30,111 nucleotides of DNA, from positions 1 to 30,111 of the forward strand of contig CAYRLP010000001.1 of assembly GCA_964424935.1 (NCBI GenBank), read 5' to 3'. Position numbers and translations under genes: made by a program. Every line of letters begins with the position of its first letter. The stretch's first letter is position 1. This document shows, piece by piece, positions 15,957-24,593 of this stretch. The notes below the pieces were generated by a model, which was given only the letters and a program-made list of their open reading frames with translations, was not told the origin of the DNA and ran no database searches. This stretch comes from an uncultured Bacteroides sp. Its GTDB lineage: Bacteria; Bacteroidota; Bacteroidia; Bacteroidales; GCA-2748055.

Positions 15957-17129
15957 CTAAAAGCTCCACTTTAAACGCAAGAAGCCAAAAGTGTTCCGCT
16001 CGCGGGAACTTACCCCGGAAGGATCTTCAAACTCGGCCGTAAAGTACTGAAGGATAAGGGATAGATCAAGATTACTGTTCAGGGAGAGGTCCATCGAGGG
16101 GCCCAGGTAGACCCCTTTCCATTCGGGATACCAGATGGCGGCAAAGCCACCCTGAAGCAAAGGAGAGATCGGGTAAGTGACATTTGAGAAGAGGGACCAG
16201 GGCGTAAATCCCAGGTTTTTCACATCGAGCTGACCTGAATAAAACTGCAAAAAGCTGTAAATATCCAGCTCCCGTGCAAAAGCTGAATAGAGTCCCTCCA
16301 CCTGAATCATCAACGAATTAGCGAAGGTATAATCAAATCCAATGGAAGTCATCAGATAGCCTGTAGTATCCCTGAACTGTTCCAGGTCCCTGAAGTAGCT
16401 AAGCTCTCCCCGGAAGGCAGCCGATCCCAGGTTTCCACTCCAGCCGGTGCCCAGGACCAGGTCCTCTTCACGGTATATGCCACCAAGGAACTGTATATCA
16501 AATCCCAGGGTGTTGAACCGGATGTAACCGGCAGCGGTAACCTTTTTTGAACTGTCGATCTTGGCTGCCAGCTCCAGCGTGGAAGCATTGCCGGTATAAT
16601 AAGAAATCCTCAAGGCATCGCTGCCCGGCCTTTCGGGATAGTCCACCTCGAAATAGGAGTATGAATTGAAAATATCATTAGGGTTCCACACAAAGGTCTG
16701 TCCCCAGTTGATTCGCTGACGGCCGGCTTTGATTTCCAGGTCACCAAAGGTGAATTGCATCCACAGACGGTCCATCTGACTGCTCAGTGCATACCCTGCG
16801 CTGTCTCCCAGGTTCCCGTCATGTACCCACGACATGTCTATCCATCCCTGGTCTCCGCCCAGAGATTGGGCATAACCGGGGAGTTTACGAATGGTGTTTC
16901 CAGTGATCAGACGGTTCCGGATCTGGATACTGGCAGTGAGCCATCCGGTGGGGTAAAAATCCAGGTTCAACCGGTTGTGCAGACTGTTCTCCCAGAGCCA
17001 GTGGTCCGGAATGCGATAAACGGTCTGCATATCGGACAGATACCCTTCCAGGGAGATTTTATCCTGTCCGAGACCCTTCCCTGCAAACAAAGCGAACAGA
17101 AACAGAGTGTATAGAAGTTTACGGATCAT
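15957..17129 (-). CDS. Putative outer-membrane beta-barrel protein of the Lol-like ABC operon
   Basis: Sec signal peptide, alternating amphipathic strands, GRQRINWG segment and C-terminal LRLKWSF (terminal Phe). Confidence 0.72.
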   Translation of the reverse strand: MIRKLLYTLFLFALFAGKGLGQDKISLEGYLSDMQTVYRIPDHWLWENSLHNRLNLDFYPTGWLTASIQIRNRLITGNTIRKLPGYAQSLGGDQGWIDMSWVHDGNLGDSAGYALSSQMDRLWMQFTFGDLEIKAGRQRINWGQTFVWNPNDIFNSYSYFEVDYPERPGSDALRISYYTGNASTLELAAKIDSSKKVTAAGYIRFNTLGFDIQFLGGIYREEDLVLGTGWSGNLGSAAFRGELSYFRDLEQFRDTTGYLMTSIGFDYTFANSLMIQVEGLYSAFARELDIYSFLQFYSGQLDVKNLGFTPWSLFSNVTYPISPLLQGGFAAIWYPEWKGVYLGPSMDLSLNSNLDLSLILQYFTAEFEDPSGVSSRERNTFGFLRLKWSF

Positions 17130-17135
17130 GGGATT

Positions 17136-17822
17136 TTAATTCCTGCGCTCGTCCGAGATGACCTTCCCGTCCTCAAGGGTTATGACCCTTCTGGCCTTTT
17201 TAACCACCCGGGCGTCATGCGTGGAGAAAATGAAGGTGATTCCTTCTTCCTTGTTCAGTTCTTCCATAATTTCAAGCAGGGTTTCAGTGGATTTGGAGTC
17301 CAGGTTGGCAGTGGGTTCGTCGGCCAGCACGAATTTAGGCTTGGATGCCAGTGCCCTGGCCACGGCCACCCTTTGTTGCTGGCCACCGGAAAGCTTAGAC
17401 GGCCGGCTGTTAATCCGGTCTTCCAGTCCCACGGCTTTTAACAACTCGTAGGTGCGGTTATCACGATCCGCCTTGTTCCATTTCTGCAGGTTCATAATAA
17501 ACTCCACATTCTCCTTTGCCGTAAGTACCGGGATCAGGTTATAAGACTGGAATACGAATCCTATGTTGCGCATGCGGAAATCTATGAGCCGGGATGATTT
17601 CAGTCCGGACAGATCGGTGTGGTCCACCATGATCTTTCCTTCGGTGGGCATGTCCAGTCCCCCGATCATGTTCAGAAGCGTGGTTTTTCCGGACCCGGAA
17701 GGACCCACAATGGCAGCGAATTCACCCTTTTCAAATTCCAGGGATACACCATTAACCGCATGAACCTGGACCTCCGAACTGTTGTATATTTTGTGTACGT
17801 TTTTGATCTCTAATACTTTCAT
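17136..17822 (-). CDS. ABC transporter ATPase, LolD/MacB-like
   Basis: GPSGSGKTT, IGFVFQSYNL, LSGGQQQRVAVARAL, LADEPTANLD and STHD. Confidence 0.95.
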   Translation of the reverse strand: MKVLEIKNVHKIYNSSEVQVHAVNGVSLEFEKGEFAAIVGPSGSGKTTLLNMIGGLDMPTEGKIMVDHTDLSGLKSSRLIDFRMRNIGFVFQSYNLIPVLTAKENVEFIMNLQKWNKADRDNRTYELLKAVGLEDRINSRPSKLSGGQQQRVAVARALASKPKFVLADEPTANLDSKSTETLLEIMEELNKEEGITFIFSTHDARVVKKARRVITLEDGKVISDERRN

Positions 17823-17844
17823 GATCTGTATGTTTATTGTTTGT

Positions 17845-19272
17845 TTACTCTGTTCTAAGTGCTTCGGCAGGATCCAGCTTCAGAGCTTTCAGGGCCGGGT
17901 AAATGGATGACAAGATTCCGGTAAGTATAATCAGTAAGGTCACTGTAATAAAAAAGGACGTGGATATTACCGGGTAGATATGCGCCGGATATCCCATGGC
18001 TTCAAATCCCTCTTGATAGGAGGAAAAGTTGATCCCGTTCCTGGCGGTCAGGGCAATCAGGATCTTGCTGATGATCATTCCAACCACGCCTCCTACCAGG
18101 GACAGAAATACGGATTCCAGCATGATCATCCGAAAAACTCTCTTTTTGTTCATGCCTATGGCCGTAAGCATCCCCAGTTCTTTGGTCCGTTCAAGTACCA
18201 CCATCAGCATGGTGTTTACGATCCCGAATGCCAGGGCGGCCAGTATGACGACCATGAAGACGGCATAAATCTTCTGGACCCATCCGGTCATCATGGCCAG
18301 GTCAGGCTGGATCTTCTTCCAGCTCATGACTTCAAGGTTGGGAAATTTATTGGCCATGGAGGTGCTGACCTGATCGGCCGATTCCATGTCATCCAAACGG
18401 ATGACGATCTGGTGGTATTCATCCGGAGCCATGCCGGTCAGTTTCATCAGGTCTGCATTTTTAACCAGGACCTGACTCATTTCATACATGCTGTTTGTAA
18501 TATCATAAATCCCTGCAATCCGGAATACGGCACCGGTCTGTATCTGGTTTTTGTCCAGAAAAGTAAGGGTCATCTTTGCACGTGGTCTGAACGTCCAGGC
18601 ATTCTCCCTGATCAGCGTACCGTACTGGTGTTGCTCTTTGGCGGAAAGTACGGCCTTCACCTCTTTCTTAAAGGATTTTTCACTCTTGAAGCGTGTTCCG
18701 ATAAATGGTCGGAGTTTATTCAGTACCTCTTCAGGGACCCGCCGGGCAGCCAGGCTGTCCAGAACGCTATCATCGATTTGGTAGCGGATGATGTTGAGCT
18801 CTTTGGCTAATTCATGACCGATATAGGCCAGCTGATAGCGGCTTTCCGTTTCAAAAAAGTCCCCGGTTCCGGATATGGTGGTTTCATAGAGCCGGAACAC
18901 CCTTCTTTCTGTTTCCGGATTGACCCCGATAATTTGCACACCGGTGCTTTTTGTGGCGGTGTTGGCCATACCGGTAAGGATGGTTCGTGGCGTAGCAGCA
19001 GCCACACCGGGTGTTTCCACGATGCTTGAGTGAACCTGCTCATAGTCGGGAATGGTAAGCTGAATGTCATAGTTATCGCGAAAACCGGGATCGTTGATAT
19101 GTATATGTCCTATTTCATCATTCAGGGCTGCATCGACGCGTTGTTCGATGGCCCCGTTCATGACGGCCACGGCGAAAACTCCACCGAAGATACCGATGGT
19201 TACAGAAATGATGACCACCATGCTGCGGACTCTGTTCCGCCAAACGTTTTTCCAGGCTGTTTTCCAGATCAT
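17845..19272 (-). CDS. ABC transporter permease, LolC/E / FtsX-MacB type, with extra helical insert
   Basis: AWKNVWRNRVRS, one TM, large periplasmic domain, ERTKELGMLTAIGM and LKLDPAEALR. Confidence 0.9.
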   Translation of the reverse strand: MIWKTAWKNVWRNRVRSMVVIISVTIGIFGGVFAVAVMNGAIEQRVDAALNDEIGHIHINDPGFRDNYDIQLTIPDYEQVHSSIVETPGVAAATPRTILTGMANTATKSTGVQIIGVNPETERRVFRLYETTISGTGDFFETESRYQLAYIGHELAKELNIIRYQIDDSVLDSLAARRVPEEVLNKLRPFIGTRFKSEKSFKKEVKAVLSAKEQHQYGTLIRENAWTFRPRAKMTLTFLDKNQIQTGAVFRIAGIYDITNSMYEMSQVLVKNADLMKLTGMAPDEYHQIVIRLDDMESADQVSTSMANKFPNLEVMSWKKIQPDLAMMTGWVQKIYAVFMVVILAALAFGIVNTMLMVVLERTKELGMLTAIGMNKKRVFRMIMLESVFLSLVGGVVGMIISKILIALTARNGINFSSYQEGFEAMGYPAHIYPVISTSFFITVTLLIILTGILSSIYPALKALKLDPAEALRTE

Positions 19273-19283
19273 GGTTGCAGGGT

Positions 19284-20699
19284 TTATGCTCGTAAAGCGT
19301 TTACAACTTTCATTCCGAATATTTTTCTCAGGGGATAGAAAAGAGCCAGCAGCACCATGATGGCAACGATGACCATTTGCCAGATGTAATATGTGTCGAT
19401 GCCCCAGAAAGCCATTTTGGGCTCAAAACCATAATCTTCCCACATTTTTGCCATCTCTCCCTTGAATACAATGGGATGATCCACGCCGTAAAGGATGACC
19501 GCCGTGGCCACAGCGGCCCCTCCCAGGATCCCCAGGACTCCGATGAGGAGCATCTCCATGGACATAATGGAAGCCAGCTTTTTCTTTTGCATCCCGATGG
19601 CCACCAGCACGCCGAATTCACGCCTGCGCTCTGCCGTCAGCATAAGCACGGTCCCGAATACTCCAAAAGCGATAACCAGGTAGAGGATCCCGATCATGAT
19701 CATTCCGCTTTTGTTATCGGCATCCATCTGCGAAACCATGACCTCGTTCATTTCCCTCCACTCCATTACGGTAAGGTTTTCAGGGATCCAGGAACGGATC
19801 CTCTGAAGGGTCTCCGCAATGCTTTTATCCTCCGTATTCTGAACGGAAAGGGCCAGGGAGGTCAGGTTTCCAGGGGCATTGAACAGGCTTTGGCAGATAT
19901 CCAGCGGAAGGTATACGATCTTGTTGTCCATATCCGGAAGGGGCAGCTGAATAATCCCCTTGATTTCGTATTTTCCGGCTGCCGTAGTGGCATGATACCC
20001 CTGACTGATCAGCACCAGGGTGTCGCCTATACTCAGTTGTAGATATTCTGAAAGCTTTTCGCCCACCCAGACTCCGGGTTCTCCCATCTGGATCGATCCG
20101 TTATCAAAGCGGGTATAGTTTTCTATAAGGGGCATCAATTCTGCGGCTTCTTTGTCTTTGATCTTCATATCCTGCTGAAGCCTTGAAAAACTGGTATAAG
20201 CAGTGTTTTCGAACAGGGCTGCCAGCTCCTTCACGTGATCGGGGATTCCCGGGTCCTCTGAGATCTTCTGAACGGCTTCCGTGGTAAGCCTGTACTTGAC
20301 TTTTTTCTCCGCGACATTCGACAGGTGAACCTCCTTTTCCGGATCGATTCCCAAGACCAGGACCCCTTTGGTTTTTGGCCCACTGGATGCAAGGGCAAAG
20401 GATTCAAAACGCGGAATGGTCGTCACTACATTCTGGTCTGCCAGGACCTGGTTCTCCAGGCTCTCATTATAGGCAAAGGTGTTGTCCACGATCTTTTCAT
20501 CCCAGAAATCTTTCTGCTGGATCTGGATATAACCTGTATAGGATTCAATGACATTTTTATACATGTAATCATAGGAACCCAGTTGCAGAGATCTGAAAAA
20601 CAGGGCGAAGAACACAGCGAACAATACCGAAGCCGAGGTGATCATGGTGCGGCGCCGGTTTCGCCAGAGATTTCGCCAGGCAAGTATTAAGTTGTTCAT
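19284..20699 (-). CDS. ABC transporter permease, LolC/E / FtsX-MacB type, with extra helical insert
   Basis: LAWRNLWRNRRRT, ERRREFGVLVAIGM and VVNALRA. Same topology as its neighbour. Confidence 0.9.
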   Translation of the reverse strand: MNNLILAWRNLWRNRRRTMITSASVLFAVFFALFFRSLQLGSYDYMYKNVIESYTGYIQIQQKDFWDEKIVDNTFAYNESLENQVLADQNVVTTIPRFESFALASSGPKTKGVLVLGIDPEKEVHLSNVAEKKVKYRLTTEAVQKISEDPGIPDHVKELAALFENTAYTSFSRLQQDMKIKDKEAAELMPLIENYTRFDNGSIQMGEPGVWVGEKLSEYLQLSIGDTLVLISQGYHATTAAGKYEIKGIIQLPLPDMDNKIVYLPLDICQSLFNAPGNLTSLALSVQNTEDKSIAETLQRIRSWIPENLTVMEWREMNEVMVSQMDADNKSGMIMIGILYLVIAFGVFGTVLMLTAERRREFGVLVAIGMQKKKLASIMSMEMLLIGVLGILGGAAVATAVILYGVDHPIVFKGEMAKMWEDYGFEPKMAFWGIDTYYIWQMVIVAIMVLLALFYPLRKIFGMKVVNALRA

Positions 20700-20721
20700 A
20701 ACAAATAATTTAACAATATGA

Positions 20722-21483
20722 TTAGCGGACCCGCTTCATGTTCTGCTGAGAAAAGAAGCTATCCTGGATGGGGACATTAAACTGGATTTCTTTGATTTCC
20801 AGAATGGTCTTCTGGTTATCCTCGTCGGCAGGGATCAGTTCGATATGGGTAGGGATCAGGCGTCCATCCATGGATTTGATCTCCGAGCCCGTCTCGGTCC
20901 TCACCAGATAACCGTCTTCGTCGTAAAGCTCCGATTTCAGGAAGAGAAAATCATTTTTATCAATCCACCGTATCTGGTAGCCCCAGATTACGGCCGCTTC
21001 CTCCTTCGCCACCATTTTGATCACATAGCATAGCCGTCCGCTCAGGGTTTCCTCCCTGAGCAGCTGATGATCGTAATCATCGACCACGTAGGACTCTTTC
21101 AGGATGTCGTCGTTGGTATAGTCCGAACCCATCCAACCCTGGGACATCATGGAAGGGGGAAGCTTGATCAGGCGGCTGATGGTGGGGTTCCAATTCCACA
21201 TTTCATTTTGTCGTTTCAGGAATGTCTGCCCCTTCTCCTTGGCCGGAGCAGTGATCAGGGTCAGGGCGTACTCTTTTCCACTGGTCCAGTTCCTGAATTC
21301 TATGGTCCGCTCCCAGGTGGGCCTGACGATGGTCATGGACATGAGACTAGTACTGCTTTTTTCACCATTGAATTTTTCATCCGCTTTGCGGATAATCTCT
21401 TTGGGGGAGAGATCCTGTCCCATAGTAAAAAGGGTGGATCCCAGGAAAATAAAGAGTACACATATGGTTTTCTGACTTTTCAT
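20722..21483 (-). CDS. LolA-like outer-membrane lipoprotein-sorting protein
   Basis: Signal peptide, PAKEKGQTFLK, MMSQGWMGSDYTNDD and FFSQQNMKR. Start reassigned to 21483, 1 nt after the TetR stop. Confidence 0.85.
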   Translation of the reverse strand: MKSQKTICVLFIFLGSTLFTMGQDLSPKEIIRKADEKFNGEKSSTSLMSMTIVRPTWERTIEFRNWTSGKEYALTLITAPAKEKGQTFLKRQNEMWNWNPTISRLIKLPPSMMSQGWMGSDYTNDDILKESYVVDDYDHQLLREETLSGRLCYVIKMVAKEEAAVIWGYQIRWIDKNDFLFLKSELYDEDGYLVRTETGSEIKSMDGRLIPTHIELIPADEDNQKTILEIKEIQFNVPIQDSFFSQQNMKRVR

Positions 21484-21484
21484 A

Positions 21485-22090
21485 TTATTTTCTTTTTCTG
21501 GTGAACATTTCAATCATGCGGTTTTCATACTTGCTAACCGTTTCCCTGGAGAATTCATCATTAGGGAAGGTATATACCAACAGGATTCCATAACCTTCGA
21601 TCATGGATGAAAAGGTAAGCATTTCCAGCGCCGGGTCTTCAAATCCCATCCGTTCAAAGTATTCCAGGAGTTTAGGCCCGATTCGTTCCATCACATTGCT
21701 GAACGGCTTGCCCGCCAGAAACTCCTTTACTGGAGGTTGAAGTATTACATTAATAAACAGGATCCAGAAATTGAGATTTTTCCGGATTCCGGTGAAGGTG
21801 TTCCGGATAAATCCTTCCACTTCTTCCGGTTCAAGGATCCCGTCCATATTCGGATCGATCATGGCCATGATATCCTCGATTCCCTCATCGATGATGGAAA
21901 TAAGCAATGCTTCCTTGCTCTTAAAGTAATTATAAAGCAAACCTTTGGAAATGCCCGCATATGCAGCCAGTTGTGAAATGGAACAGTGGTTGTATCCCTC
22001 AGATGCAAACAGTTCCAGTGCAGCATCCATGATCTGCTTTCTGCGTGATTCACGCATCTCTTCAAATTGTTTGGGCGTCCTTGGTGACAT
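21485..22090 (-). CDS. TetR/AcrR-family transcriptional regulator
   Basis: IMDAALELFASEGYNHCSISQLAAYAGISKGLLYNYFKSKE helix-turn-helix. Confidence 0.95.
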   Translation of the reverse strand: MSPRTPKQFEEMRESRRKQIMDAALELFASEGYNHCSISQLAAYAGISKGLLYNYFKSKEALLISIIDEGIEDIMAMIDPNMDGILEPEEVEGFIRNTFTGIRKNLNFWILFINVILQPPVKEFLAGKPFSNVMERIGPKLLEYFERMGFEDPALEMLTFSSMIEGYGILLVYTFPNDEFSRETVSKYENRMIEMFTRKRK

Positions 22091-22096
22091 TATTAA

Positions 22097-22116
22097 TTGA
22101 CTGACCGTTCAGTCAA
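22097..22116. promoter_or_regulatory. Palindromic operator, probable TetR binding site
   Basis: TTGACTGA-CCGT-TCAGTCAA, perfect 8-bp arms, 6 nt upstream of the TetR ATG. Confidence 0.8.
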
Positions 22117-22146
22117 ATATAATACATATTATGGTTCATATGCAAA
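22114..22146 (-). promoter_or_regulatory. Housekeeping promoter of the TetR-ABC operon (-33 TTTG, 21 nt, -7 TATATTTG)
   Basis: On minus: TTTG (22146-22143), 21-nt spacer, TATATTTG (22121-22114). Overlaps the operator. Confidence 0.75.
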
Positions 22147-22171
22147 TTTTTCGTCTGTTTTTTTCAGATGC

Positions 22172-22198
22172 TGTAACTTTCAGGTTATGACTTCGTCT
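22172..22198 (+). promoter_or_regulatory. ECF-type promoter TGTAAC-N16-CGTCT upstream of the ECF sigma gene
   Basis: TGTAAC 22172-22177 and CGTCT 22194-22198. Same format as known ECF promoters such as B. subtilis sigmaW/sigmaX. Confidence 0.65.
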
Positions 22199-22221
22199 TA
22201 TTTACACGATCAAACGAATTC

Positions 22222-22707
22222 ATGACGGTAGGGGAGTACAACAAGGCTGTTGATGCTTTTACAGATAATCTCTACAGGTTTGTTTTGAAAAACCTGAAGG
22301 ATGAGGCTATGGCAGAAGACATCATACAGGATACATTCGAAAAGCTGTGGATGAAACTGGAAGAGGTCAGTTCGGCAAAGGTTAAGAGTTACCTGTTTAC
22401 ATCAGCTTACCATACCATGATAGATTATATCCGTAGAGAGAAAAGAAATGTGGTGATGGATCCGGCGCTCCTTTATGAGGGGCAGGACAGGACCTCTTAT
22501 TCTGATCTGGGGGAAGTACTGGAGCAGGCCATTCAGAATTTGCCGGAAGACCAGAAAGCGGTCGTGATGTTACGTGATTATGAGGGTTATTCCTACAGGG
22601 AAATTGCCGAAATAACCGGACTATCCGAATCCCAGGTGAAAGTTTACATCTACCGGGCCCGGGTTTATCTGAAAGGTTATATTGGTTCAATGGAAAAGGT
22701 TATATAA
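22222..22707 (+). CDS. ECF-subfamily RNA polymerase sigma-70 factor
   Basis: Region 2 AEDIIQDTFEKLW and region 4 LPEDQKAVVMLRDYEGYSYREIAEITGLSESQVKVYIYRAR. Confidence 0.95.
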   Translation: MTVGEYNKAVDAFTDNLYRFVLKNLKDEAMAEDIIQDTFEKLWMKLEEVSSAKVKSYLFTSAYHTMIDYIRREKRNVVMDPALLYEGQDRTSYSDLGEVLEQAIQNLPEDQKAVVMLRDYEGYSYREIAEITGLSESQVKVYIYRARVYLKGYIGSMEKVI

Positions 22708-22709
22708 GG

Positions 22710-23825
22710 ATGGAAATCAACAGGAATAATTATGAAGCATTTTTGCTGGACCTTCTGGAAGGGAGGTTGTCTGCCGAGGACCGACAGCGGCTGAATGATT
22801 TCCTGTTACTGAATCCGGATTGTGCACAGGAACTTCTTGAAGTAGAGCCCTGGGTCCTTGAAAAAGACACAGTCGAATACAGGAACAGGGATCTGTTGAA
22901 AAAAGAGCTGCCCCATCCCACAACGATACTGACGGATCATAATTTCGATCTGTTTTCCATCGCCAGGCTGGAGGGAGACCTGACCGATGAACAGGAACAG
23001 GCGCACCAGAACGGCATCGCCGCGGATCCTGTAAAAGCGGAGGAATGGCTGAGGTGGCAGCAGACCCGCCTGGTACCTGAACATATTCCGTTTAAAGGGA
23101 AAGAGAAGCTGAAACAGGGGGACCGATCAAAATATAGAATTATTTGGATGAGCCTGGTTTCTGCAGCAGCAGCAATAGCCCTGTTACTGGTCCTGAGCAG
23201 ACCCGGAACGGAACTGGTCCGGACGGAACAGGCAGTCCAATCACAGCAAATCACTACTCCGCAGCGAATCACTACTCCGCAGCAGCCCGTTGAAAATCAG
23301 GTAACTGCAGAAGCTCCAGCCACAGATGGCCCTGCCACCCAAACTCAGACCATTGAAGCCAAAACCATAGAAGTCCAAACCCCAGAAGCCCAATCCCTAG
23401 AAACCAGAGCGCCCGTACGGGTAATTCCGGCTCCTGAATCAGTCAGGCAAGAAGTACCCGGTGAAGATTTGCATGTTCGGCTTGCAGCGGTTTCCCCCAC
23501 ACAGCTGAATACATTTTCTCCGGCCGGGGTTCCGGTAACGGATGAAGTAACATCTCTCGATGTTCCCCTGGTACCCGTCCATATGAGAAATTTATCCATG
23601 GCCCAGATTTCCGATATGGGACTTATGAATGTGATTGAGGAGTATTCGGAAGAAAAGGGATTCTCTTTGTGGAACCTGGCCAGCGCGGGGGTTAACGGGA
23701 TTAATAAGCTGTCCGGATCGGATATCTCCCTGATGGCTTCCCGGGACGAGGAAGGAGAAATATCTGGATTTCAATTGAAAGGCAAACGGTTTTCCATTAC
23801 CAGGCCCATAGGTCAGGATGAATAA
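22710..23825 (+). CDS. Putative membrane-anchored anti-sigma factor
   Basis: Starts 2 nt after the sigma stop. N-terminal NYEAFLLDLLEGRLS...FLLLNPD anti-sigma-like module, one TM (IIWMSLVSAAAAIALLLVL), low-complexity linker and C-terminal domain. Confidence 0.7.
   Translation: MEINRNNYEAFLLDLLEGRLSAEDRQRLNDFLLLNPDCAQELLEVEPWVLEKDTVEYRNRDLLKKELPHPTTILTDHNFDLFSIARLEGDLTDEQEQAHQNGIAADPVKAEEWLRWQQTRLVPEHIPFKGKEKLKQGDRSKYRIIWMSLVSAAAAIALLLVLSRPGTELVRTEQAVQSQQITTPQRITTPQQPVENQVTAEAPATDGPATQTQTIEAKTIEVQTPEAQSLETRAPVRVIPAPESVRQEVPGEDLHVRLAAVSPTQLNTFSPAGVPVTDEVTSLDVPLVPVHMRNLSMAQISDMGLMNVIEEYSEEKGFSLWNLASAGVNGINKLSGSDISLMASRDEEGEISGFQLKGKRFSITRPIGQDE
23244..23285 (+). repeat. In-frame 18-bp tandem repeat (about 2.3 copies)
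   Basis: CAGCAAATCACTACTCCG / CAGCGAATCACTACTCCG / CAGCAG, encoding QQITTP-QRITTP-QQ. Confidence 0.85.
23346..23405 (+). repeat. In-frame degenerate 15-bp repeat (4 copies)
   Basis: CAGACCATTGAAGCC / AAAACCATAGAAGTC / CAAACCCCAGAAGCC / CAATCCCTAGAAACC, encoding QTIEA KTIEV QTPEA QSLET. Confidence 0.7.
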
Positions 23826-23836
23826 ATGGAACCCTG

Positions 23837-23863
23837 TGCAACCTGCAAGAGAAGGTCTTGTCT
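23837..23863 (+). promoter_or_regulatory. Second ECF-type promoter TGCAAC-N16-TGTCT
   Basis: TGCAAC 23837-23842, 16 nt, TGTCT 23859-23863. One mismatch per box relative to the promoter at 22172. Confidence 0.5.
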
Positions 23864-23888
23864 TTAGGGTAAAACCAATGTCAGAATC

Positions 23889-24482
23889 ATGAAAAAATAC
23901 CTACTTACCCTGTTACTCCTGGGTGCGGTCGTCACCGCGTCCCCGCAGGAGCGAGAATATCAGACCATTTTTAACAACCAGGACCTGCGGATATCCGGGA
24001 TGGGCGGGCCTTTTATGCAGTTCACTTCGGTAGCCGGTGAATTCGGACACATGATGGGCGGCGGGGGCGCCGTCCTGCTGAATGATTTCTTTTTCGGAGG
24101 ATACGGGCTGGGGTTGACCAATGCCATTCCTGATTATGTGAACGATAATCCTTCGGATCAGCTGACACTCGGCCATGGAGGATTCTGGTTGGGATATGTA
24201 CTATTCGGCAACAAGCCGATCCATGTGACCTTCTCCTCTTTGATCGGATGGGGTGAATTTGGAATCATGCAGTACGATGCCGGTTATCCTTTTGTAAGGG
24301 ATAAGATCTTTGTCCTGGCACCTACTGTGGAATGTGAGGTAAACATCACCCGGTATTTGAGGATAGGGGCGGGAGCCACCTATAATCTTTATACCATGGT
24401 GGATGAGAATATACACGGGTACAGAAACAGCGATCTTTCAGCCCCGGGCGGATTTCTCAGTTTTAAATTCGGATGGTTTTAA
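23889..24482 (+). CDS. Exported Gly-rich protein, probable small outer-membrane beta-barrel
   Basis: Signal peptide (...VVTASPQ), Gly/aromatic alternating strands and C-terminal LSFKFGWF. Confidence 0.65.
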   Translation: MKKYLLTLLLLGAVVTASPQEREYQTIFNNQDLRISGMGGPFMQFTSVAGEFGHMMGGGGAVLLNDFFFGGYGLGLTNAIPDYVNDNPSDQLTLGHGGFWLGYVLFGNKPIHVTFSSLIGWGEFGIMQYDAGYPFVRDKIFVLAPTVECEVNITRYLRIGAGATYNLYTMVDENIHGYRNSDLSAPGGFLSFKFGWF

Positions 24483-24500
24483 TTCGTAATTCCATATATA

Positions 24501-24593
24501 AGAGCCAGCGCTCTCACCCGCGAATGAGTTGATCCAATCTTCCTTCCGGGTTCAGTTTTAGGGAAGCCACCTCATGCCTGGGGTGGCTTTTTT
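24501..24593 (+). ncRNA. Candidate structured sRNA or 3'-UTR element
   Basis: Three consecutive hairpins: AGAGC/GCTCT; ACCCG...CGGGT enclosing an imperfect stem; then the terminator. Not matched to any family I recognise. Confidence 0.3.
24564..24593 (+). terminator. Intrinsic terminator
   Basis: AAGCCACCTCA-TGCC-TGGGGTGGCTT stem-loop with a 6-T run at 24588-24593 (first two T's in the stem). Confidence 0.85.

Noticed and set aside
17980-20042. Long antisense ORFs (276 aa at 17980-18810; 221 aa at 19377-20042), and similar ones opposite mtaB, sulfatase, TPR and kinase genes
   Set aside because: They are shadows of well-supported genes on the other strand and have no recognisable motifs.
24530-24556. 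CCGGAAGGAAG on the minus strand resembling the SRP (4.5S) RNA domain IV loop
   Set aside because: The flanking CAGG and AGCA(G) internal-loop bases required for SRP RNA are absent.
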